DNA from: Planctomycetota bacterium
Lineage (GTDB): Bacteria; Planctomycetota; Planctomycetia; Pirellulales; Pirellulaceae
Assembly (NCBI GenBank): GCA_039200505.1
Contig: JBCCSJ010000002.1
Span: 2,462 to 66,461, forward strand
Direction of reading: 5' to 3'
DNA: 64,000 bases
Part shown: piece by piece, positions 27,116 to 34,497 of the stretch
Layout: each line of letters starts with the position of its first letter
Numbering within the stretch: position 1 is the first letter of the stretch
Notes under the pieces: generated by a model
Told to the model about the DNA's origin: nothing
Seen by the model: the letters and a program-made list of their open reading frames with translations, nothing else
The model's database searches: none
Translations under genes and position numbers: made by a program

Positions 27116-28826
27116 TCTTCCTCCCGGCGTCTTGATGATGTTTGGGGCGATACTGCTCCCGTTGTTGGGCAAAAAGTTTAGCGCGATCGGGGCCTTGGTG
27201 CTTTCGTCGATCAGCCTGATCCTGTTCTGGACACTGCCGGCGGATCATGTGATCCCAATGTCATTTTTTGGGCAGGAGTTGATCCTGGCCAGGATCGACA
27301 AATTGAGCTGGATTTTCTGCTTGGTGTTTCACTTGGCAGCAATCATGGCATCCGTTTACGCTTTGCACGTCAAAGATACCAAACAACACGTTGCGGCGAT
27401 GCTCTATGCGGGCAGCTCAATTATGGCTTCGTGTGCGGGCGACATGATTACCCTGTTTGTTTGCTGGGAATTAACGGCGGTTTCCAGCGTATTCCTGATC
27501 TGGGCTAGCAATTCGGAAAAAGCTTATCGGTCCGGTATGCGATACCTGATCATTCAAGTGATTTCCGGGGTGCTGTTACTTTCAGGAGCGATCATTCGTT
27601 TTCGGTCGACCGGTGATCTTGGATTCCATTCATTCATCGATGGGGATCCGTCATCCTTTTTTACACTCAGTTTGGGATCGAAACTGATTCTGATTGCCTT
27701 TGGAATTAAGGCAGCATTTCCGTTGCTTCATAATTGGCTTCAAGACGCGTATCCAAAATCAACGCCAACAGGGACAGTTTTCTTAAGTGCATTTACAACC
27801 AAGTTGGCAATCTATTCTCTCGCCCGAGGCTTTGCGGGATTGGAGGAATTAGTCTGGATCGGTTGTGCGATGACACTGTTCCCGATCGTTTTCGCAGTAA
27901 TCGAGAATGATCTTCGCAGAGTGCTGGCCTATAGCCTGAATAACCAGCTTGGATTTATGGTGGTCGGAATCGGGATCGGATCGGACTTGGCAATTAACGG
28001 GACGGCGGCTCACGCTTTTTGCCATATTATCTACAAGGCATTGTTGTTCATGTCGATGGGAGCGGTTTTAAAGCAGGTCGGTACGACGAAGGCCACGGAG
28101 CTAGGCGGACTTCATAAAACAATGCCGTGGACAACCTTGTTTTGCATAATCGGGGCAGGCGCGATTTCCGGTTTTCCACTGTTAAGTGGTTTTATTAGCA
28201 AATCGATGATCATTTCGGCCGCCGCTTATGAACATAGGTTTGTCGTCTGGTTTATTCTGTTGATTGCGTCGGCAGGAGTGATGGAACACTCTGGAATCAA
28301 GATTCCTTTCTTTGCCTTCTTTGCTCACGATTCCGGGAAACGTCCTAAAGAAGCGCCGCTGAATATGTTGATTGCGATGGGAATGGGAGCTTTCTTGTGT
28401 GTGGGCCTGGGGGTCGCCTATCCTTTGCTGTACAAGAACCTGCCCTACGAACTTCACCACGAATACGTCCCCTACACGCTTGCTCATGTTGTGATGCAGT
28501 TGCAACTGTTGCTGTTCGCAGGTCTGGCATTCCTGTTTCTGATGAAGATGGGATTGTATCCCGAAGAGAAAAGATCGACTAATCTCGATTTTGATTGGGT
28601 TTACCGGAAATTGTTTCCCAACGCGATAAGCCAAATTGGTCGCGGAATCCGGTGGATGGATCAAACGTTAAGAGCCTGCGTCTTATGGTTGTTAACGTGG
28701 TTTGTGCGGATCTGCGAAAAGAATTTCAATGAAACTGGAAATCTTGGCACGACTTGGTCCACCAGCCTGATGGCATTTTGGGCAGCGATCCTGTTAGGTC
28801 TTTGCCTGATGCTCTACTATCTTTGA
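27105..28826 (+). CDS. MrpA N-terminal-like / NuoL-type membrane subunit (3 of 3)
   Basis: 573 aa. Antiporter core (FPLLHNWLQDAYPKSTPTGTVFLSAFTTKLAIY; AYSLNNQLGFMVVG; HAFCHIIYKALLFMSMG) plus extra C-terminal helices. Confidence 0.8.
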   Translation: MIPSLPPGVLMMFGAILLPLLGKKFSAIGALVLSSISLILFWTLPADHVIPMSFFGQELILARIDKLSWIFCLVFHLAAIMASVYALHVKDTKQHVAAMLYAGSSIMASCAGDMITLFVCWELTAVSSVFLIWASNSEKAYRSGMRYLIIQVISGVLLLSGAIIRFRSTGDLGFHSFIDGDPSSFFTLSLGSKLILIAFGIKAAFPLLHNWLQDAYPKSTPTGTVFLSAFTTKLAIYSLARGFAGLEELVWIGCAMTLFPIVFAVIENDLRRVLAYSLNNQLGFMVVGIGIGSDLAINGTAAHAFCHIIYKALLFMSMGAVLKQVGTTKATELGGLHKTMPWTTLFCIIGAGAISGFPLLSGFISKSMIISAAAYEHRFVVWFILLIASAGVMEHSGIKIPFFAFFAHDSGKRPKEAPLNMLIAMGMGAFLCVGLGVAYPLLYKNLPYELHHEYVPYTLAHVVMQLQLLLFAGLAFLFLMKMGLYPEEKRSTNLDFDWVYRKLFPNAISQIGRGIRWMDQTLRACVLWLLTWFVRICEKNFNETGNLGTTWSTSLMAFWAAILLGLCLMLYYL

Positions 28827-28916
28827 CGCAGTTATTCGCTGGGCAGGCCCCGTCTGAGACGAATAAACAAACTCACGGCTGAGTGAGCCTGGTATTGTTT
28901 TTGCAAAGTAGATTGT

Positions 28917-28941
28917 CTCTCCGAGGCGAACGCTCGGAGAG
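28917..28941. repeat. 9-bp-stem hairpin downstream of the mrp operon
   Basis: CTCTCCGAG-gcgaacg-CTCGGAGAG lies 91 nt after the mrp stop, between convergent genes. No adjoining T-run. Confidence 0.55.
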
Positions 28942-29003
28942 CGATGCACTATGCCAACCCGTGGCATTTCATCCTTAGCAGATGTTGCAGATTTTTGCGT
29001 TGA

Positions 29004-29051
29004 GCTCCTCTCGGCAAGAGGAGCCTACAGTCCATCCCGTTTGCTGAGCGG
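29004..29051. repeat. variant copy of the CGGCA-loop palindromic element, with an inverted partner
   Basis: GCTCCTCT-CGGCA-AGAGGAGC (29004-29024), followed by CCGTTTGCTGAGCGG (29037-51), which is approximately the reverse complement of the family core CCGCTCGGCAAGCGG. Confidence 0.7.
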
Positions 29052-29200
29052 TTCGACTTTTGCCCATCAGTTCGCCTCTCACAGCAAAAAATCACAAACG
29101 CTCTGAAGCAATGAAGCCAAAACACTTCGGCCGGTACCAATGCAATACGAAGTCATTCAACTTTGAAACATGGCTTTCGCACCGATCATCTCTGGTCGAT

Positions 29201-30034
29201 TTAAATCGGTTTGGCTGGTTTTTTAATCTCAGCCACTTCAAGGGACCTCACATTGTTGGCGAGTTGCTGGTGGATATCAACGATCAGAAAAACAAGATCT
29301 TTCAAATCGTCTAATTCAGTATCTGAAATCAAAATTACAGTTTCACTTTGCCCGTTTCTAAATGCGATTTTAAAACGGAGCCTGTTTATTTGAGCAATCC
29401 AGCTTTTCTGGTTCACGTGGAAAGGCGGCAAATAGTCTCTGGTCTGAAAAAAATGAGGCTCACGTTCAGATTGAGTGCCCTTCGATTTGCTACCTGTTTT
29501 TTTTACTGTCCTTATGTAGCGTTTGGCAGCCGCAGGGTCGAATGGAAAAACTGAAAAGATCCGTTCGATTAACTGAGGGCAAATCATGAAATCCAGCGAA
29601 TCTCGATAGCGGTTGGATGTTACGATAAAATATTTGTTAAAATCAGGGTCCTTGGTTTCTACTTTTTCTCCTCGGATCCAGGCGTTAGCGGCAGCGCTAA
29701 ACGTTCGCGGTGTTATTGTAAATTTGAATCGGGGATCGAAACCGTCGGCAATTAGGTTGAGTCGTCTCGTTTTGACGATGTGCGATCCGTGAATATCAAA
29801 AACAGAAGTTGGCTGCAGGCTGATGCGAACTCTTTTCCCTTCGATATCGGCAACGATCTGGGGATGTTGACCTTCGTCGGTTAAAACGTAGTGGCCGTTA
29901 AGGGATTGGGCTGCGTCAAGAAGTTGGGAGCGAATCCTATTTTGATTGGAAACGTGGTTGTGGTACGCAAATCCGATCAGTGCGGTTACGGCTGTGATAA
30001 CGATTAATAAGACGACGACTAGAAAAGTATCCAT
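29201..30034 (-). CDS. hypothetical N-terminally anchored protein
   Basis: 277-aa ORF with a single N-terminal TM (FLVVVLLIVITAVTALIGFAY). No recognisable motif. Confidence 0.5.
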   Translation of the reverse strand: MDTFLVVVLLIVITAVTALIGFAYHNHVSNQNRIRSQLLDAAQSLNGHYVLTDEGQHPQIVADIEGKRVRISLQPTSVFDIHGSHIVKTRRLNLIADGFDPRFKFTITPRTFSAAANAWIRGEKVETKDPDFNKYFIVTSNRYRDSLDFMICPQLIERIFSVFPFDPAAAKRYIRTVKKTGSKSKGTQSEREPHFFQTRDYLPPFHVNQKSWIAQINRLRFKIAFRNGQSETVILISDTELDDLKDLVFLIVDIHQQLANNVRSLEVAEIKKPAKPI

Positions 30035-30270
30035 TCAAAGTTTCACTTTTGTTCGTGTCTGAGACTTGGGCGTGGTTAATTCTAACCTGCATTGGGCTTT
30101 GAGCGTCCAATCTGTTCGTCAAGTTGATCCAGATATTGGTCCCAAAGCCGATTTTTGTTGTTTGGTTTTCGCGTGAACAACACCTTGTGGTGGCAAATTG
30201 ATCCGAAATAAAATGGAAGTCGGGACGGAGTCTGTAATTGAAGTTACCCGCACGGTTATGAGAGCCAGTC

Positions 30271-31794
30271 TTGGAATTATTCTTTTTCGAATACAAACAG
30301 ATCGAGGCTTCTACTTGGGCGTATTTATCGTCTCTGCTATTGATTGCATTGTTCTTTAAATTCAACCGATTCTGGAGCGTTCGCAATCTTGATCTTCTAT
30401 TGATCATCTTATTGGCTCCGGGGCTGTTACTGATCGATAGCGGACAAGCTTTCGTCCAGCAGCAAAAGGGGCAGACTCGGTCGCAGGCAGAAGGGATCGA
30501 GGACGTAACTCAGACGGCAGTTGGTATTTTGCCAAAGGTTTCTCAGTTTGAAAATTTGGATGACCGAAGTACGGGCAATCCGTCATCGTTTTCTGAACCG
30601 GGCAGCCTTACTCGTCAGCAAATTGCTGGTCAAAAGTTGCAACGATTTGGTTACTACTGGCTTTTTAGTGCCGGGATTTTTTTGCTGATTAGGATGCTGA
30701 TTGATCCTGCTTTGACCAGACGTCCCATGTTGGAACCCAATCTGACCGTCGGGGGGTTAGTCTTTCTTGGTGTCAGTTTGATGTCTTTTTTGATGGCAAA
30801 TATCGCTACTTCGCAACCAACTCCTGATGATCTTCAGGGAGCCAAAGACGCGGTTAAATTGATCAAGCGTGAGCAGGCAAGCTCTAACGACATGGAAAAA
30901 CTTAAAAGACGCGGCCCTGGTTATCGCCTTTTCAATCTGCTACCGATTATCCCGTCTTTTGAGAGTGGTGACGAAATCTTGAGAACCAACGTGGAACAAG
31001 AATCGGATTCACTAGGCAGGTACGTGATCGCTGCTAGATCGTTGGCCATCGTGAGCCAATTGTTGATCGTTTTTGGGTTGGTTTTATTCTGCCATTATTA
31101 CTACGAAAATTTTTATGTTGGGGTTGGGATCGGAACGATTTACTTATTGCTGCCCTACACCGCACTTTATACCGGACACGTTTCGCACGCGCTTCCAGCG
31201 GCCCTGTTGGTTTGGTCATTGTTTTTTTTCCGAACGCCAGTTGCTGCGGGAGTATTGATGGGACTGGCAACGGGAGTTTCTTATTATCCAGTATTTTTGA
31301 TTCCTCTTTGGGCCAGTTTTTACTGGGACCGCGGTGTCAAACGGTTTAGTGTCAGTTTTCTTGTCTCTATTTTGCTATGCGTGGGAGGGCTGGCATTTAC
31401 GTCAGTCGACGTTGCCGATTTTATGCAGCAGGTGCGTGCGATGTTTGGATTTTGGCAGCCGCTGCTTGAAGGCCTTGACGGTGTTTGGGCATTAGGATGG
31501 AGTCAATGGTGGAGGCTTCCGATCTTGGTGACTTTTGTTTTGTTCAGTATCTCGTTCGTTTTCTGGCCTACGGAAAAAAATATTGGAACTTTGGTAGCCT
31601 ATACCGGAGCCGTGATGATTGCCGTTCAGTTCTGGCATGGTTTCGGTGGAGGTTTGTATGTGGCGTGGTATATGCCCATGGTTTTGTTAACATTTTTCCG
31701 ACCAAATCTGCTTGGGCGGGTTGCGACTCAGGAATTACGGGAACAGAACCGCAAGCGGAAAGAAACCGCTGAGGATATTCTGGTTCAGGATTAG
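30271..31794 (+). CDS. polytopic integral membrane protein (unknown function, ~12 TM)
   Basis: 507-aa ORF (TTG start in the track; true start uncertain). Many hydrophobic helices with one ~100-aa and one ~80-aa hydrophilic loop. No motif I can name. Confidence 0.55.
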   Translation: MELFFFEYKQIEASTWAYLSSLLLIALFFKFNRFWSVRNLDLLLIILLAPGLLLIDSGQAFVQQQKGQTRSQAEGIEDVTQTAVGILPKVSQFENLDDRSTGNPSSFSEPGSLTRQQIAGQKLQRFGYYWLFSAGIFLLIRMLIDPALTRRPMLEPNLTVGGLVFLGVSLMSFLMANIATSQPTPDDLQGAKDAVKLIKREQASSNDMEKLKRRGPGYRLFNLLPIIPSFESGDEILRTNVEQESDSLGRYVIAARSLAIVSQLLIVFGLVLFCHYYYENFYVGVGIGTIYLLLPYTALYTGHVSHALPAALLVWSLFFFRTPVAAGVLMGLATGVSYYPVFLIPLWASFYWDRGVKRFSVSFLVSILLCVGGLAFTSVDVADFMQQVRAMFGFWQPLLEGLDGVWALGWSQWWRLPILVTFVLFSISFVFWPTEKNIGTLVAYTGAVMIAVQFWHGFGGGLYVAWYMPMVLLTFFRPNLLGRVATQELREQNRKRKETAEDILVQD

Positions 31795-32135
31795 TTGGAT
31801 CTTGGTTGACAAACTCAGCCCGCAATCACTTTTCAGCGGCCTACTGGACAAAATTTTGCTGCCCGTCTTCGTCTTCTTGCAAACTTAGATGTGTGAAGGC
31901 TTGATTTTGGAGACAAGCGTATCTGGGACCGTCATTTTGTACCGATTGTAACGACTGTGATGGTTTTAAGGCCGTCTAATCCTCTGCTGGGCAAAAAACG
32001 TCAGGTCATCGGATTGAGTCGACGAATTTGAAGCAATCAGCAGATTCAAATTAGTAAGGGAAGCGTAGATGAAGTTTCTTCGTCGACAGGTCGTTTCCGA
32101 TGGGGACAGGCAGCGTTCATCGCTGACGAAATAAA

Positions 32136-33365
32136 ATGGAATCGAAGCAACGATTTACCAGAACTTTGTTACTAGCAACGATTATTGTTGGCGGTATTTG
32201 GGTTTTGCTCAATAAAGATCAAATTCAAAATCCCGCTGACTTGATAGAAGTTGCCGTCAGTCAGATCGGTTCGACTTCTCAACACGTAGTCACCGCGATC
32301 CAGGGTAATGGGCGGGTTGGATCGGGGACAGGCAACGGATTGGGGCCCAGTGGTGAGATGGGTGAGATGGGGGCAGGCAACGCGATCAGGCCAAACCGCC
32401 GAGTAAGTTCAGCAACCATCGATCAGGCCGGGTTCAAGACTAATATTGGTCAGCAATATGTCACAAACGTTATCAGAATCGCCTCTTTTAATGTGCAACC
32501 AAATGCCATTTCTCAAAGTCCATTCTCGCAAAATCTGACCGCAGAGATTTGCCGCGGTTTCGATGCGATTGCGTTGCAGAATATTTCGACGAGCGATTCA
32601 GCCTGGCTGCCAAACTTGGTTGCTAGGATGAATGAATTGGAAACTATGGGTGCACAGCGACCAGGCCAAAAGGCAACCAAGAACATTCCGAATTACCGAT
32701 TCGTTTCAGATCAGGCTTACAACAATTCCAAAGATACGATTGCTGCGATCATCTACAATCAAACGACTTTGGAAATGGATGAAAGCCGGTGGTATACCGT
32801 TGCTGACCCAGAAGGCATCCTTAACCGCAGCCCGATTGTGGGCTGGTTCCGTACGCGTGGGCCTGACTCGAGTCGAGCATTCACTTTTAGCTTGGTGAAT
32901 CTGTCGCTTCATCCATCCCGACCCGAACAGGAATTGGCTCATCTGGGAGATCTTTTTCGGGCGATCCGCAATGACGGCCGGGGCGAAGATGACGTTTTGA
33001 TTGTCGGCGATTTTAATACGGGCGACCGAGGTTTGAAAACAGTCAGTCAACGACACGGTTTGACATGGGTAGTTTCGAACCGTTCCACGACGACACGTAA
33101 TCAAGCTCAATCTGACAATTTAGTATTCAGCCAAATTGCGACCGAAGAATTCACAGGGAGCGGAGGTGTTTTTGATTTTCTGAGGCATTACAACCTTCGC
33201 CTCGTCGATGCTTTAATGGTGTCAGAGCATCTTCCTGTGTGGGCAGAGTTCTCTATTTTCGAGGGCAAAGCAGCCAGTCGCTTGGTACCGGTTCGACGAA
33301 AGGCTCGTTCTGAGAATTCCGAACCAAAACAGGTCCAGGTTCCAGAGACCAGTTTCGTCCATTAA
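32136..33365 (+). CDS. membrane-anchored endonuclease/exonuclease/phosphatase (EEP, DNase I-like) family protein
   Basis: N-terminal TM (TLLLATIIVGGIWVLL) and a Gly-rich linker. EEP motifs IRIASFNVQ, DAIALQNI, VLIVGDFN and a C-terminal SEHLPVWAEF (catalytic His). Confidence 0.7.
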   Translation: MESKQRFTRTLLLATIIVGGIWVLLNKDQIQNPADLIEVAVSQIGSTSQHVVTAIQGNGRVGSGTGNGLGPSGEMGEMGAGNAIRPNRRVSSATIDQAGFKTNIGQQYVTNVIRIASFNVQPNAISQSPFSQNLTAEICRGFDAIALQNISTSDSAWLPNLVARMNELETMGAQRPGQKATKNIPNYRFVSDQAYNNSKDTIAAIIYNQTTLEMDESRWYTVADPEGILNRSPIVGWFRTRGPDSSRAFTFSLVNLSLHPSRPEQELAHLGDLFRAIRNDGRGEDDVLIVGDFNTGDRGLKTVSQRHGLTWVVSNRSTTTRNQAQSDNLVFSQIATEEFTGSGGVFDFLRHYNLRLVDALMVSEHLPVWAEFSIFEGKAASRLVPVRRKARSENSEPKQVQVPETSFVH

Positions 33366-33465
33366 AACGTTGAGCAACCTCATCTAATAAAGATTCAAAT
33401 CGACGCTGAGCTGTCAACGACCAAACGGCTATCAACACACCCAAAATAACGGTTGCAATAAATCG

Positions 33466-34200
33466 TTATGTGCAAAGTTGGCTTCTTAGTTCGGCTTCGT
33501 CAATATGGTTGGAAAACCAGCAAGACAAATTTTCTTGTCCCACTCGAAGGCTGCTTTTCATTCGTTGTAGCGAACCGACACCGATGCACCGGAGTGGAGC
33601 GGGTTGAACGTCATCGGACAAGCCATTTGAGTCTTTGGCAATCACGATGTCAGGTTGGTTTTGCTGTTGCAGAAAATCTATCAATTTTCTCCCCGAATCG
33701 ATTGAAATGATTCGGTACCCCTGTGCAGCAAGCTTGGCAATGATTCGACTTTCGGGTTCAAACTCCAACATGAGAGCCGTTTTTGATTGAACACGATATC
33801 TGGATGGCGCTTCACAGACCACCGATTCTTGGGCGGCACCAACGTCGGGCATCTGGCAGAATTTTTCCAAGTCGTCGAGACACTCCAACGCATTTTGAAG
33901 GGCATCTTCAGCATGTCCGTTCAATTGTTGCCGCAGCTGGTTTTGGGCAAGATGGATCGCCAAGTTTGCCGCATCGATTCGTTTTTGAATTTCGATTTGA
34001 TGCTGAGCAGAAATTCCCGGTTTTTCGGGTCGACTCATTGGATCTACCTTGCCAAGCAACTCGCCTCTTAGAATACGGATGTCTTCGGGAGCGTCGATTC
34101 CGATTCGGGCTGAATTCTTTCCGATTTCGACGACCTCCAGAGTGATTCCAAGACCTGGAAACAGGATTTCTTCACCGACACGACGAGATAAAACAAGCAT
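33466..34200 (-). CDS. CsrA/RsmA-domain protein with a ~190-aa C-terminal extension
   Basis: ATG at 34200 gives MLVLSRRVGEEILFPGLGITLEVVEIGKNSARIGIDAPEDIRILRGELL, a near position-for-position match to the CsrA consensus. The same frame continues for 244 aa in total: a helical linker, then an alpha/beta region. Confidence 0.8.
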   Translation of the reverse strand: MLVLSRRVGEEILFPGLGITLEVVEIGKNSARIGIDAPEDIRILRGELLGKVDPMSRPEKPGISAQHQIEIQKRIDAANLAIHLAQNQLRQQLNGHAEDALQNALECLDDLEKFCQMPDVGAAQESVVCEAPSRYRVQSKTALMLEFEPESRIIAKLAAQGYRIISIDSGRKLIDFLQQQNQPDIVIAKDSNGLSDDVQPAPLRCIGVGSLQRMKSSLRVGQENLSCWFSNHIDEAELRSQLCT

Positions 34201-34355
34201 TTCAAGACTCCTTTCAAGAGTTTTCGATTGCCCCAAGATAGGCAATTCGGATTTCACAAACTGATCTTTGGGCATCCAAGCCCCCGTCAATGAAATCTTT
34301 TCCAGCTAACGACCTTAGACAGTCTCTCGATCAACGATGATCTGTCAACCCTGTT

Positions 34356-34375
34356 TACTGTATTTGTTTACAGTA
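34356..34375. promoter_or_regulatory. 20-bp palindromic operator candidate (CTGT-N8-ACAG, SOS-box-like)
   Basis: TACTGTA-TTTGTT-TACAGTA has perfect 7-bp inverted arms. It lies in the 297-bp divergent intergenic region between the CsrA-fusion gene (start 34200) and the GDH gene (start 34498). Confidence 0.45.
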
Positions 34376-34497
34376 TCATTCAATCCTTCCCCACTTCGGT
34401 TAAAATTGAGCGTTGATCTTGCTGATTTGCGTGAGTCGAATCCAAACATTTGTGTCAACTTTTGGAATGCTTAGAAAAATTTAGGGAAGCTTGATTA

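Noticed and set aside
28182-28664. 160-aa ORF antisense to the NuoL-like mrp gene (similar shadow ORFs at 46845-47360 and 36546-36986)
   Set aside because: These lie inside strongly supported membrane or enzyme genes on the opposite strand or in another frame. Their composition is His/Gln/Arg-rich or Ser-rich, with no motifs.
28949-29140. 63-aa ORF (also 45319-45618, 99 aa) spanning palindromic elements
   Set aside because: The reading frames run through the CGGCA-loop hairpins (giving ..LLPRGAQ.. / ..VPLAERN.. peptides). The same artefact recurs wherever the repeat occurs.
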